Positions 36,721-50,760 of a stretch of 64,000 nt of DNA are shown one piece after another. The notes beneath the pieces are model-generated. The model did no database searches, was not told the DNA's origin, and worked only from the letters and a program-made list of their open reading frames with translations. Position 1 is the first letter of the stretch; every line of letters begins with the position of its first letter. Where the stretch lies: the NCBI RefSeq assembly GCF_009834535.1, contig NC_045697.1, positions 3,598,001 through 3,662,000 of the forward strand, read 5' to 3'. Source of the DNA: Camelus ferus (taxonomy: Eukaryota). The position numbers and the translations under genes were made by a program.

Positions 36721-39700
36721 GCCCTCCACAGCCCGGCTCCAGAAACACTTCAGAGCAGCACAATGCCAGCGGGTGGCCCATCGCTGGGTCCAGAGCCCAA
36801 GGCACAGGTGAGGACAGCTGGGCCCCAGAGGAACCGCGACACCAGGAGGGACTGGCGGGCGGGAAGACCAGCTCAGAGTATCCTAGGACGGGCCATCCAG
36901 ATGCAGGCCCGTCCAGGGAATGACACTCCCGAGCCTCCCCACAAGCCAGGGTGGGCTGCCACCCCACCGAGATGCTGGTTCACAACACCCAGGAGGGTGC
37001 CTGATGGAATTCAGTGCCTCTGCCTGGATGCTGGCGATCAGAGAAGGAGGTGAGAACTCGCAGGCTAGTCTCTGAAGCTGCAGGGGTGAGAGCAGACCAT
37101 GGGCAGGACGGTGCCAACCTGTCACCTTCAAGCTGAGCCACCCTTAGCAAGCCTCAGTCCCCTCACTAGCCAAATGGGGCTATCCCGGAGACCACTGTGA
37201 GTGTGAGCATGACCTTGGATGTGAGGGCAGGCTTATGAAGTGCTGTGTGCATTCAGGGAAGTTTCAGGAGCAGCCCCCGAGCACAGGGCAGTCAGGCTGC
37301 CTGCAGCACATCCTGCCCTGAACACTCCCTTCCTGGGGACCTCAAAGCCTTTTGAAGCCTCAGTCTCCTCATCCCTGGAATGGGGAGGATGCTAGAACCC
37401 AAAGGCAGGTGAGTGTGCAGACAGGCCTGGCGGCATCTTAATGAGACACACTTTGCTCACAGCACCTGTTCAGTCCAGCTGTAGATCAAAGAGCAATATT
37501 CTACAAAGAAGGACATCCCAGAGCAAACGCTACTCCAGGAGAGGATTTATTTACAGTGCCAGGAAGGCCACGAGGCATTGTGGGTTAGAGAAGGGGCTGG
37601 AGGGTCCGGCCCAGCCCTGCAGCCTGGGCCTCGCTCCGGTCTGTGTGGGAGCACTGGGGGCTCCCTGCTGGCTGAGGGTGGTGAGGATGGGTGGATGAGG
37701 GCTCTTCTGCTTCCAGAAGCTCAGCTGAGGGTTGGGAGAAGCAGAGCCTGGAGCCCAGGTGGCAACTCATTCCTCTATTTAAACTAATGACCTCTCCTTC
37801 TGACTTTTCAGCAAACCCATGGTTTTGTGGGCAGATCATGAGACCTTGGTTTGCTCCAGGAATTCCAAAAAGCAAAGGGCACATCAGCTCCTCGAAGCTG
37901 CATCTTCTCCCTGGGCCTCCTGGTCACCCTTCTGGGGCTGTTTTTCTTGCCTTCCTCATGTCAAACCTGTCTGTATTCAGCGGGCAGGGCTGCACCCACG
38001 TACGAACCTGCCGCCGTCTGGAGGCCGTGCAGCAGCTGCCCGCCCCGTCCCCTGGGTAACGGAACACCTTCAGCCCAGGCCAGAGAAACCCCTGGCTTTA
38101 AAGCATCTTCTCCCCCACAGAATACCTGTATGCTAGGAAATCTGCCCCGCCCTGTCCCCTCTTCGCCTCCACTTCCCTCCCTAGTCCCCTTCCCCTGCCC
38201 CCGTTCTCACAGCAGCCAAGTTTAAGCTGAGCTTCTGAAAGCCAGAAACAGGCTTCCACCCACCCACTCGCCAACCACCCTCCCCCACTCATCCTCCACT
38301 CAGCTGAGGAAGCCCCGGGGAGGCGCTTGCCGGGCCTGGGGGGGGGGGGGCAGAGGGAGCTTCCTGAAGGAGGTATCCACTGAGCAGGGTCGCAGGGTCT
38401 GGAGAGGAGCCACTAACATGGCCAAAGCTGGCACCAGACACGTGGTCATTCCGGTCTGGACAGTACAGCCCAGGGGTCATGGGATTCAGGGCTGGAAGAC
38501 TCCAAGCAGGGAAGTGGTTTGAGAAGCCCCCGGGGTGCAGAGAAGGCTCTGTGGGTGAGTCCCCCATGTGCCTGGAGGGAGCTGAGGTCCTGGGGCAGAA
38601 GCCCCTCCCCAGATGCTGGGCAAAGAGGTTGGTGGGGAGGAGGTGGCTTTGAGCAACAGGAGGGAGTCAGAAGTGACTGGTTTGGGGAATGACCTGCGAC
38701 AAAGAGAACACAAAGTCCCTCTCAGTTGGAGGAGGACCCCTGCTCCGGGCTGCACCCTGAGGCCCCCTGCCCGGCGTATGGGGGACTGCCCTTCAAGTCA
38801 GGGCGGGGGGGGGGGGGGTCACAGCAGTCTTTCCAATGACCTAGGACATCTCAGTGGCATTCTAGAAAATTCTCCACAGCACCCAGCAAAGGGGCCTGAC
38901 TCTGGGAGCCACAGAGACTATGAGAGTGTCCAGTGGCTGGAAGGGAACCTGGAAGGTCAGTGCTCAGCTCACACCGGGGTGGGGGGGTTCCCGTCCAGTA
39001 ATCTGGAGAAGCTCCTCAGTCCTGCGGGTGGAGCAGCGGGTCCCTCCCCTCACCAGCAGTTTTCAACCTGGCCCCTCCCACTCTCCAAGCCCAGGGTTCT
39101 GGTGCTTGCGCGGACACACTTGGCCTTGCTTCCTTGCCTTTGGGTCCCCAGTGCGAGTCAGAGGAGTGGCTGAACGAGTGAATAAATGAGACAGGCAGAC
39201 CCTGGAGAGAAGCCCAGCCTGTGGCCCGGTAAATGTCACAGTGTTCCACACCAAAGTTCACGTGTCTGCATCACTGGAGACCTCCCTCGGCCCCTCCCTC
39301 GGAGCCTGCTTGCTCTTGGTTTGCTCACAGGGCTAGCAAATTGAGCAACGCAGGTTTTCAGACCGCAGGAGACCAGAAGCACAGAACAGCCAGGGGAAGG
39401 AACTCTAGAGGACACGACGCTGACAGCCTGACCACTTCACTTAAAGAAAAGGCATTCTGCGACCCTGAGCCACCAGGAAACCCAAGAATCCTACCTGCTG
39501 GACTCGCTTCCTGGGCACCCGCTGGGTCCCAGGCTAAGTTGCCCACCTAATGCTGAAGACAGCCCACAGACGAGAGATGCTCACCCCCACTTCACAGATG
39601 AGGAAACTGTGATTCATGTGGTGGAATAATCAGGACACACTTGGTAATCGATGAAGCTGCCGCACAATCCCCAGAAAATCACATACGGCATTTTGGAAAT

Positions 39701-39759
39701 ACCGCCAACAAAAGGCACTGAAAGAGGGGAAAAGTGTCGGCACTGCCAGGTCGCCCTTG

Positions 39760-39950
39760 TGGAGAAGGTGTTCACTAGGCACATCCTGCCCATCTCATCC
39801 CAGCGCCCCACGCACCCCGAGAAGCGCACAGCAGCACACCCGCTTTCGGGACCAGGGAGGGGTGAGCGTGATGTCGAATGGTGTGGCCGGGACTCGAACC
39901 CGAGGCTCTGCATCCAGCGCAGACATCTTCATGGGGCCCACTCGCACTTT
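39760..39950 (-). mobile_element. MIR SINE (CpG-rich copy)
   Basis: catctcatcccagcgcc ... gccgggactcgaacccg (tRNA-derived B box, reverse strand). Confidence 0.6.
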
Positions 39951-40489
39951 TGCTCACCCAGGAGAACACCAGTCTGTGTTGTACCAGAGCCGCGTGGAGC
40001 AGCCTCTGCACACAAAGTTTCAGGATAAACGAATGAATGAATGAACAAACCCTCCCTCCCCCATGCAGGTAAGTGAAGTGGAACCACATTCAATTCAAAT
40101 CCAACGCCCCTGGAGTTCAGTACTTCACAGCCACTGCCTACGGGGAAAGGACACCGAGTAATGAAGCAGTTTTCAGGCCGACTGGGCAGTGACTGGACAC
40201 CAGGAAGAGAGGAGAGAGGGGGTGAAAGTTCAGGAGGGAAGACTGCTGAGTTAATAAAACCCAGGCCACAGGGCAGCCAGGAAACGTTTGGAAACGCAGA
40301 GTGCAGGATATTAAAACGGTGTCCGAGGTGTTAGTGGGGGGTCTGTTCTGCCTGCAGGGGTCTGTCCGAGGCCAGGTCTGAGCAGCGGAGACCAGGGCAC
40401 TCCCACTGGTCTCTCCGGTTTTCCCCACACCGGGCACCAAGCTCACTTGTGACCAAGCATCCAAACTTCCCAAACAGCCCAGAAAGGAG

Positions 40490-40630
40490 GCACTGCACAC
40501 TCTGTTCACACACGAGACACTGAGGTTCAGAGAGGCCGGAACAGTGCCCAGAGTCACACAGCTTTCAAATGATGGAGCCAAATTTTGCCCTCTGATGTCC
40601 TGTTCCAAAGCTACGTTCTTAACCCTTTGA
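40490..40630 (-). mobile_element. MIR SINE
   Basis: gacactgaggttcagagaggcc..tgcccagagtcacacagct..ggagcc..ttcttaacc. Confidence 0.8.
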
Positions 40631-42275
40631 TAAAGTGCCGTCTGCTCAGCGCCTGGCACACGCAGTAAACCCCACAGACCCAGGGGCAGCCTGACTTTCA
40701 ATCAGATTCCAGAGGGAACATTGCAGCAGCACAACTCTGCCACCGCACCCACCGTGCCCAGTCTGGTGGCTTCGGAGATTCTAACAGCTCCCCTTCCCAT
40801 GCTTTGGCCCCAACTCTGCACACACCCCTGGCTCTTCCCCACGGCACCTTGCAGCCCAGAGTGCAGTGCGGGGTGAGAGATGCACCCTCTGGGGCTAACA
40901 CGTCCCTTTCCCACGTGCAACCATCTGCACGGTCACTGTTGAACTGAACCTCCCTGTTCCGCAGATGGGGAAGAGGGGAGTCCAGGAGGCCAGCCAGGTC
41001 CCAGACTGCTCTAGTCACAGCTACAACAGTATTAGCAAATGTGACATCCACAAGCAACACCTGACACTTGTCACAGTTCGTGTGTCAGCACGTGTGCCTC
41101 TCAGTGGAGGTGCGAAGGCTAAGGACTAAGCACTCGGCATCTCCCTCGTGTCCCCCTCGGCCTCACCCCACATGCTGCGGCTGCTAACCGGACAGACCTG
41201 AGACCGACGCATGTTCCTCACCGTGTCCCCAAGTCCCCATGGGGACTGAGCCCCGGCACCCATGGTGGAGACCAGCCTGACGGCACGTACTGCTGACATG
41301 TCCCCCACTCATTCCCCGTTCCCCTAAATAGACAGCATGCACCCCAGTCCTCGGCTTAGGGCCCACTGCTGGGGGGAACTAAACCACGATGGGGGAAGGG
41401 ACAGGGCTATGGACACACAGGATGCAGCGGGACTCCACGTGGGTCGCTGGGGTAGGGGAGGATGGGGCAGAGAACCAGACGTGCGTCCAGGTGGTTCCAC
41501 CAGGCAGAGAGCATCCTCTTCCTTCTCTCCAAACACCTTTCCAGCCCCTCCCAGACAGGCCGTGTCCCCTGATCCCAGGAATGCTGTCTGCTGGTCTTCA
41601 ATCTCACTATCGTGCCTTCGTATCTGCTCTGTGTCCCCTGAAAGACTCCTAAGGGTGTTGGGAGTTCAGAAGCTGCTAGCCGGATGCCTTTTTAAACAAG
41701 CCCCACCCACCTCTGGAAGCTCAGGTTCTAAAAGCCTGTGAGGACAACAGTGAGCAAAAAGCTCATCCAGTATCCCTGCATGGAACCCGAGAGCCCCCGC
41801 TCCCCGCAGCGACCCCGACCCCGTTCGCGGCCACGTCCACGTGGGGCTCATCGGCTGGGAAGTCACAGCCCCCAGGCTGAGCAGAAAGGATTACAGAGTA
41901 GAGGGGGGTCTCGGAGAGCCGGGCTGTGGGGGAGGTCGGAGTGGAATGCTCTGGAAACTTTCACTTCGCTTGGAACAAACGTTCCTTCCCGCCTCCTCAG
42001 GAGTTCGACTTATACCCCGGAGCACAGAATCTGAGTGCGATTATCGCAGACTGGCTGCTGCAGACAGTATCACTCCTTCTTAAAACGCCCACCCCCTGGA
42101 AATGCCCCAGCCCCCTCCCCCTGCGAGGTTTCACCCCAGGAAGCCTGCGCACAAGTGCCCAGTGGTTTACAGCTGGTCCTAGCTTGTTTGGTTGTTCTCC
42201 AGAAAGTCACTGTGACTGGCTGCATTTACCAACAGAGACTGGCAGGCCGTCCCGTGTATCTGTACATTCCATTAT

Positions 42276-42372
42276 TACCGTATTTTATTGAGTCTAAAAC
42301 CTGCGGGGTTTTCTGCACATTTTAACTTCTTTTGAAATTGGAATGTAGCTTATAATCAATGCCATTCCTTAG
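42276..42372 (+). mobile_element. MER104-like TcMar-Tc2 MITE fragment
   Basis: taccgtattttattgagtctaa ... cacattttaacttcttttgaaattggaatgtagcttataatcaatg resembles MER104 CCGTATTTCATCGATTCTAA..CACATTTTAACATCTCTGAAATCGGGATGCGTCTTACAATCGATG. Confidence 0.65.
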
Positions 42373-42914
42373 TGGTGAACAAAATAATGATGCAACTCAG
42401 AGTGCATCTAAGAGAGTTTTCAGATCGCCTGAGATACAGCATCTGAAATGCTTAAACACAGCAAGGCTAAGATTGCTGTTTCTTCTTCTTGCTGGCATCC
42501 CACCTCGCCTCATTAAGACCAACCCCCTGCCAGCCTTTCATACCATCCCGTGGTCCTGAGAATGGAGCCCTTTAAAATGGACTTGCACCTGAGGTAGAAA
42601 TGGTTAATAATGGTGGCAAAGGGGACTCTGGTAAATCACAGAGACGCCTCCCACCCCCATCCACGCGACCTCAGCATATGCTCACACACTTCCATATGCT
42701 GACTCCACCCTCTGGGTAAGGTCAAGACTTCTTACCAAACACCCAGAGCCTATCACCCTCCTGACTGGCCCCTGCATCCTCAGTCTCCCAACCAGGGCCC
42801 ACCCCGCCCTCTTCCCTGAACACATGCTCTTTCCTGCCTCAGGCTCTTTGCACATTCTGTTCTCCCAGCTCTTCTCCAGCTAGAAGACTCCTTTTCTCCC
42901 TTCAAGACCTCAGG

Positions 42915-43535
42915 CTATTCATCATCTGTTCAGCACCTACTACATGCCAAGCCCTGTCCCAGGCACTGAGGAAGCCACAGCAAACAAAACAGGCAGAGTC
43001 CTGCCCTCCTGGAGTTCGCATTCTAGAGGGGGAGCCCCAAAGAAAACAAGTGCTCTGGAATGAAGCCATCGGGAAGAAGTACAAGAAGGGCTGGGTGCTG
43101 ACATTCCAGATGGGGTGGCCAGGGAGACCGGCCTGAGAAGGCAGCATTAGGGTACAGCTCCAGAGGAGGGGGAGGGGAGGCCTGTGGCCATCTGGAGGGG
43201 GCAGTCCAGGCTGGAGAAATTACACATGCAAAGGCAGAGACCACTGACACCAGGTCCTTTCTGGAAGATTCAAGTAGTAACGAGCAGGCCAGTGTGGCTG
43301 GGAGGGAGCAGAGCAAGAGGCGAAGACTGGACCCCATAGGGCCTTGTGGTCCACTGGGATCAAGTGACTCTTTTTCTGAGAGAACTGGGGAGTTCAGGGA
43401 AAGCTCAGAGCAGAGCAGTGACACCCTCGGAGCACAGGCTAATGTCTTCACAGGGTCCCTTTGGCTGCTGAGTGCAGAGCAGACCAAATGGACCAGGGCA
43501 GGAGCAGGGAGACCAGCTGGGAGGCTGTCACAATG
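42915..43535 (-). mobile_element. L2 LINE fragment
   Basis: agcacctactacatgccaagccctgt..aaacaaaacaggcagagtcctgccctcctggag ... ggccagtgtggctgg ... gcagggagaccagctgggaggctg. Confidence 0.85.
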
Positions 43536-44194
43536 CCACCTTCCTCCAACACAGACTTTCTGCAGAAGCCTCAGCATTTGGAGTTTGGCCTGTTGTTGTC
43601 ATGGAAACACCCAGTTCCCTTAGCAAGAACTGGGCTTCACTCTTCTAAATGTCTGCCCGTGCACATGACAGCATCAGGCCCAGGCATGAATGAATGAGTG
43701 AGCTGATGAATGAATGACTGGATGGGCTCTGGAGAGGAAAACCCTTTGGTGCCCTGTGCCCAGGAGGAAGGCGGGCTGAGGTGGGGGTGGTGTGTGGTCA
43801 GTGCAGAGGGTTTGGGTTTCCAACCATGAACTTCATTCCCCAGTGGAGTGTATGCTTCTAACTCAAAAAAATAGTTTTTTTCCCCTTGGCGTCCTGAAAT
43901 TTCTATCTACTTATTTTACATTTGGTAAAACACTTCACAAAAAGAAAATCAAATCTCTATTTTGGCCTTCACCTCCTCGACAGTGGCTTTAAGGAAGGCT
44001 GTTGGATCTCAGAAGGGTCGTTTTTTCATGGAAAGGCACATTTTAATTTTAGGTTAAGTGTTCCAAGCAAGAATTTTCTCAGCAACCATTAGTCCCCAGA
44101 CGTGACTTTAAAAACATCCAACTTGGCAGAGATGTGGGAGTGGGGCCTGAAGGCGAACTCAGGCAGGACCACCAAGTTCTGGGTCAGAGGGACA

Positions 44195-44470
44195 GAGGGA
44201 GGGGTCGGGGTCCCGCGCTGGATGGCCGCATCGCATGTGCGGACAGGACTGGCACAGGGTGCTGCCGGCGCTCTGCCTGCTGGAGTTTAGATCAACCCGC
44301 TGGGCAATCGCTGCCAGGGTGACCGCGCCAGGAGGGAGCCGAGATATTGCTGGAACATGGTGCGCCTGCGCGGTGCGCCCACCCACGCGAGCGAGCGCAC
44401 TCTGCCCCCGGCAGCCGGCTCTGCCACCACCGTTCATCCGCCACCGGCATCCACAGGTGTCCCTGCACGA
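44195..44470. promoter_or_regulatory. Small CpG-rich island with NRF1-like motif
   Basis: Dense CpGs in unique sequence, with TGCGCCTGCGCG at 44361-44372. Confidence 0.4.
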
Positions 44471-44482
44471 GAAGTCCCCAGT

Positions 44483-44922
44483 ATGGCTCTGTCCTGCAGC
44501 TGCTGTCCCCATCACCACCAACCAGGGGGCTCAGGCAACAAAAACTGCTTTTCCTCACAGTTCTGGAGACGAGCAGAAATCCAGGTGTCGTCAGTGCTGG
44601 CTCCGCAGGAGGCGCTGGGGAGGACCAGTTCCAGGCTTCTCCTCGTTCCAAGGGCCCCAGTGACCTTCCACGTTCCTCGACTTCCGGCCGCACCCCTCCC
44701 GCCTCCACCCTCGTCTCCTTCCTGGAGTGTCTCTGTCTCTCAAACCTCTGTCTCCTTTCCCGGGTAAGGACACCACTCACTGACATGAGCCTGGATGATG
44801 TCACTGCAAGACCTTTAATGTGATTCCTTCTGCAAAGACCCTGTTTCCAAACAAGCTCACATGCTGGCACCGGGGCTGGAACAGGGATGCATCTCTCTGG
44901 GGGACACCGTTCAACTCACTAC
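44483..44922 (-). mobile_element. MaLR solo LTR, MLT1C-like
   Basis: ctcacagttctggag ... taaggacacc ... tctgcaaagaccctgtttccaaacaag ... gggggacaccgttcaactcactac. Confidence 0.85.
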
Positions 44923-47900
44923 CCTCCTCATCAGGCCAGGGTGCCATGGAGCCCAGTCAACACTGCTCCACCCCTACCCCGCATCGGCCCCGCACTGTCC
45001 CCCAGTCTCCCTTTGCCCCAGCTGCTCTGCTGTTTCAGAGAATGACAGTGCCACCCTCCCAGGACACTGCAGCACCCCGTGACATCTGGCCCTTGCCCCA
45101 GCACCCGGATGTCAGCTCCAGCAGCCCTGGGGACTGTCAGCCAGCCCAGGGCAGGGCCTGGCAGAGGTGGTGTTCCAGAAGGTGGATGTTGAGTCAACGC
45201 CAACGGAACTCCTGGATTCTGTTCCCCTCCACCTCAGCCTCCCCTCTGCCAAGGTCCCGACCCCTCTGCTTCCAGAAGTCTTCCTGCCAGGCCAGGCCTC
45301 CTGGATCCCTGCACCCACTCTCCCTGGAGTCCCAGCCTAAGTCCTGCCTCCCCTCTCCCTCCCTCTGCTTCATGAATCCCCCTCCATCCTAGAATGCCAT
45401 GAGTATCCGCCTCATCTGCCCTTCCTCCTCACTGACATTCTAACTCAGCCATCATCTGCTACTCCTCCCCAACATGCCCCTGGCTGGGGGGTTGGTCTCC
45501 TCTAGACCCCACCTCACGCTGATCTCTCTCCCTTGAAGCCCACGGGCCTGTTACCCTCTACATAGGGTAAGACACAGTTCCAGCATCACCTCCTCCAAGA
45601 AGACTTCCTTGGTTCTTCTCAGCTTCCTTCAATCACAACCAGGCCCCAACTCGTCCATCAGGAAGCACCTGAGGACGGCATGAGTCCTCACTCGCTGCAC
45701 AGCTGTGCCTGCCGCTGGCCCTCAGCCACTGCTGTCACTGCTACTAACGATGACCCGTGACCCTGTCTGCCCTGGGCGCCAACGCCTTCGGTGAGCCGGC
45801 GCCCATAACTTGACAGATGGGCGGAAAGGGAGAGTGACTGACAGACTGGTATGTGGACAAACGGGGAGCTGTCCGTTTGCACAAATTATCATCTCCTTCC
45901 AGAGAAACAACCTTCACCCAGGAGCTCCCCACTGAGGGAAGTGGCCGTGTGAAGAAAGAACACGTCCTCTAAACAGCGTGCCAGGACCCCCCGGGGGGTT
46001 GCTGGAGGACAGCAAGGCTGCTTGTTCAGCCCCCTTCCCCCTGCAGACCTGCAACGTTGCCCCATCCAGGGCCCCGAGTCTCGGGGGCCCTCCAAGACCA
46101 GGGGCCGCCCTGCAGCAGAAGACCTGAGGGCGCTGCAGGGGGCCAGGCCCCCTACTTGGTTCAGGCGTCAGGCTGTGTAGACAATCAGGGCCCCTCCCAG
46201 AAAGCCCCTTCTCTGCACGGCTGGCGCCAGCTGGCTCCCACGCACCCGAGGCAGGTGGTTTGTCAACTTTCCTGGACGTAAAGGTCACCTACCTGTGAAG
46301 CGGCCACAAAGGGAGGCCTTCGCCAGCAGCAGCTGCTCCTGTTACGTGTGGATGGATGGACAGACTGACAGCCCCCGTGCCTGAGACGAGCTGGTCTTTT
46401 CATCTGTTCAATCTTTCCTTCCTTTATCCAACAAGTGTCCATCACGGAGGCTGCCAGGACCAGATGTGGGAAGTCTGTCCCCACCTCCCTCAGAACGGGA
46501 CCCCCAGAGCTGGAAAACCCGGTGGGGGCTTCTCCAAGGAGCCCAGGCTCTGCCCCTGATTAAGCAGGTGTTTTGTGCCAAGAATTGAAATAAACATCCA
46601 TGAATTTAACACATCACTCAGGCGAAAAGGGGGAAAATGTTAGCAGCCGTAGTAATGCTAGAAAAACACTTTAAAGGCTGAGAGGAAAGGAACCCCCACT
46701 CGTTTCTGACGATCCCTTTGTCTGTCCCTCGTGGTAATAATCTTCCAGCTAAATTAGGAAGGAGGTGCTTGTTTATTAACCCATTCATTCGGTCAAAACA
46801 CATTTACTGAGAAACTACTCAGTGCTCTGTGGGGGCTGCAGCCCTGTGCGGGTCCCGACACTAGCCACGCTTGCTGGCCCTCCCGTCAACACCCCAGCCT
46901 GCTACGCCTCCCCCCACAGAATCTTCAGGACACCCCATGAGTTGAGCCAGACATGGTGAGGAGCCACTGTCTGTAGGACGAAACAGGGGCTCCAGCGGGG
47001 TCATGACCTTGCCTAATGCCCCAGCACAAGGAGCCGAGCTGGGACTTGAGTGCAGGCAGCCTGGCTCTGGCGTTTTAGGCTTAGCAGAGCAACACTGGAC
47101 AACTGAGGCAGAAGGTGACTGGTGTCTTGACTGAGATCCAAAGCAGCAGGGTGGGAGGGACCATAACCACATGTCCTGGGCAATCAGAGAAGGCGTCCTG
47201 GGGGAGGTGGCGTCTGAGCCGGCCCTGAGGATGCGGGAGGTGAGACCAGCTGAAGGGCAGGTCTTGTCATCTCCACACCCAGGTAACCAGGCTGGGACCC
47301 AGCACACACCAGCGCACAGGGAGTATTTGCTGAATGAATGAATGAATCACAGCAGACTGGTTGCGGAGAGAAAGAAAGAGGTCCCAGTGCTGCTTTGAGT
47401 AGGAATGGCTATTTCTGGGTCATCTTTAGACACATCCCAGGAGATGATCTGAGATCATCCTGAGCAAGTTCAGGTTGCAGGGTGCATGGAAGGTGCTAAG
47501 CAAAGGTCCCTTAAAAGAAGGAAAGAATGAGGGAGAGGGGAGGGGAGAGGGAAGGGGAGGAGAGGAGGAGGCTTCAGCCTCCCGTTTCATTCACAGTCAT
47601 TCCCAAAATCGAGACCAGATCTCAGACTCTTCGGCCACTGAGTCCAGAGCCTTCCCCGGAGGAACCCTGAGCCACCAAGCCATCCACCCAGGCCAGGCCA
47701 CCATCCCCTCTGCAGCCCTGACGGTGGGGAGCCCGGGAGAGCGTACGCTGTAGGGGTGAGCTGAGACCCAACTTGTGGATGGCAGGAAAGCCCCCCACTC
47801 CCACCCCACACACACAGCTCTGCAGGGGCTCAGAGAGTGGGGCACGGAGCTCCAGCAACGGGAGAAATGCAGGGTGGGTCCCCTGAGACCACTGCCCAGT

Positions 47901-48029
47901 GATGGGAGGAGGAAGGGGGGAGGAGTCTGTTTTTCCACAAACAACTGCAGCCTTGGCCCTGGTCCTGGGCTGAGAACAAAGACAGCACGGAGCCGGCCCC
48001 CTGCCCTTGGGGGAGACAATGAGGTCCTG

Positions 48030-48442
48030 AGGTGGGCCAGTGCCCCCCAACACGTGTCCACTTCCTAAGACCCTCATCCTGCCAGGTGACCCGATTTGGA
48101 CAAAGGGTTTTGGCAGGTGTTAGTGAAGGATCTCGAGGGTTAGATCATCCTGGATCTCCTGGGCGGACCCCAAGTCCCATGACAAGTGTCCTGTAAGAGA
48201 CAGAGGAGACCATGTGAGGATGGAGGCAGAGACTGGGATGATGCAGCCACAAGCCCAGGAGCACATGGGGCCATCGGAAGCTGAAAGAGGCAGCAAGGAC
48301 CATCCCTGGAGCCTCCGGAGGGTGCCCCGCCCTGCGACAACTTGATTTTGGACTTCAGCCTCCAGAACACCGAGAATAAACTCCTGCTGTTTAAACTGCA
48401 GGGTCTGTGGCACTTTGCGGCCACATTTAGGGAAAGAACACA
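48030..48442 (+). mobile_element. MaLR solo LTR, MLT1C/D-like
   Basis: tttggacaaagggttttggcaggtg ... atgtgaggatggaggcagagactgggatgatgcagccacaagcc ... ttgattttggacttcagcctccagaac..gagaataaa. Confidence 0.85.
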
Positions 48443-50760
48443 TTCCGCCCAGAATCCGACACGGGAGAACGAGACCAGACGAAGCAGGACCGGCCTCGCC
48501 CCTGGCCATGGCTGCCTCGAAGCGCCGTCAGCAGAGAGGATGGGTTTCGTGAAACTGGCTGCTCACAGGGCTCCTCGTCCACGTGCGGGAGAATCCTGGA
48601 GCTGGGAGACCACGTGAAGTCCCTGCCGAGGTCACACACAGCAGGTCCCCAACCAGGACAGGACACGGCCAGCTCCCTCCCAGGACCATAGGGAAGATGA
48701 CAGACCCCAGGGTCAGCATCCTGCCCAGTTTCCAACACAGCAGTCACAGAACCAGAATTACAGGCTTTTCCACAGGTGAGGACGCGGCAACCAGGGCGGG
48801 GACGTGGCTTCACCAGGTGGTCGGCCTCACTACAGATTCCAGTGGACGACTGGAAACCTCTCACCGCTCATGCAGCTGACGCTGAGTATTCACAGCGCTC
48901 TGAGTATTCCCCACACACGCATCTGCTCCTTTCAGGGTTACTGGCCCATTTCACAGATAAGGAAACCGAGGCTTGCTGGTGTAATGTGATTCCATTCAGT
49001 TCAATCCTGGGTCTGGAACCTCTGGTTCCCAGGCCCCATTCCTTCCTCTGTGGTGTTCTAGGAAGGGCAGGTAAATGTGTTAACTGTTGGGACAAGTCCC
49101 TGGAACCCCAGGGGGCAAAGATTCCAGCCCCAGGACTATCCAGAGCACCTCCAACTCAGACGACAAAATCCCACAGGGGCTGGCTGAGTCGCTTTCCCAA
49201 GAACGTCAAGGCTCTGTCCTGAGGCCTGAAGGCAGGCCCTGATCCCCTTCACCTCCACAACGCAGCCGAGCGAGGGCCGTGAGGCCCCAGATCCTGGCTG
49301 CAAGGCAGAATAAGACCCCAGATGCACAGACTGGGAGTCAGCTTTGCCCTCCCGCCCAGGTACGAGGCCTCCTATTGACCAAGGCTTTCCCAGCGTGGGA
49401 AAGGGACAAAAGGCCTTCCTGGCTCACCCTCAGACACCGATCCCCAGATGTCCCTGCAGGTGGAGGCCACGTCTGTCCTGCACAGGCTTCTTGGGAGGCA
49501 CCGAGAGCCTTGCCCACTGAGCCTCCTGGGTCTCCCGGGACACCCCCAGGACCCCGCGGCCTGAAAGCCTGTGCTCCTGCCTGCAAGCGGTGTGAACCGG
49601 CCCCGACCCGTGAAATGGGGGTCGTGCAACCCTGCCTTGTCATCTTACAGAGGAGGGAAGGGAGAACGCGGGGCCCGGGCTCAGCGCACCCTCGAAAGTC
49701 ACTGTGTGAGCCTCTTCGGACACCATTCTAAGGGTGCAGGCCCCGAAGCCTGGGGAGGGTTGGCGAAGTAGCCCCCAGCTGCCATGGTCCACACTCGCCC
49801 TTCTCCAGCTCTGCCACCATGGCCCTCCAACAGGCCTAGCCATGCCCACTTTGAGGAAACAGTCTCCCACCACCCTGGGACCTGGGCCGGGCACACAGGG
49901 GTACCTGGCTGCAGGCAGGATCGTCTGCAGGAGAACCAGGAGAAAATTTAGCAGATTGGCTGCTGCTGAGGGGGACGGGGGGTCAGGGGAGCCTGTGTGG
50001 CTGCTTATTTCAGGCTGGGGGGTGGTGACATTCACTCATCCCAGGACGCTGGCACCAGAAGGCCAGGTCACGGGGCCAGCTGCAGAAGTGACAGGGGAGT
50101 GGAGTCTGGAGGCAGAAGGAGCCCATGGCCGGGCTGGGCGGGGACAGGAGGAGGAGGAGGCTACAGGGAGCACACATGCCTGATCCGCCACCTGAGTCCT
50201 TGGAAGGTCTCCCTGAAAAGGAAACTAAGACTCAGGAAAGTTCCAGAACACATCCAGGGTCACTGGTCAGTGGAGAGGCCGGGGGCAGACTATCCTTCCT
50301 CCACACAGCATGGCCTTGAGGGGCAACACCGGGGGCAGAGATAGTCCCCACCCACACAAGGACAATCCAGAACCTTCTTCTTGGCCAGGGTATACGAGGG
50401 GGCTCCTGGCGGCCACAGTCCCTGGGTACATCAGCCCCAGCTGAGATCCCCCTGGTCTTGGCCAGGCCCGCACGGGGCATGTAGTAGCTGCACCATCAGT
50501 CTTGCTCTTCAGACTCACTGTGCTGACACACACCCACCAGTCCACCCGTCGGAGCGACATGGTAAGCCACCGCCATTCAGTTTCTGTGGCCACAGTTACT
50601 AAGGGGCATCCTGGAGGTGACCCCCACCATGTGCCCGGCAGTCCCCTCACGGGAACCCTCAGAAGGATGGCCGCACGCTCTCAGCCTTCTCCTCAGGGAC
50701 CCTCCTGGACCTCCTCACCAAAGAGCCCCAGTCTGCATCCAGCCCACCTCTTTGCAGGCA

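Noticed and set aside
39880..39910. tRNA-like ccgggactcgaacccg
   Set aside because: It is the B box of a MIR head. No cloverleaf or acceptor stem is visible.
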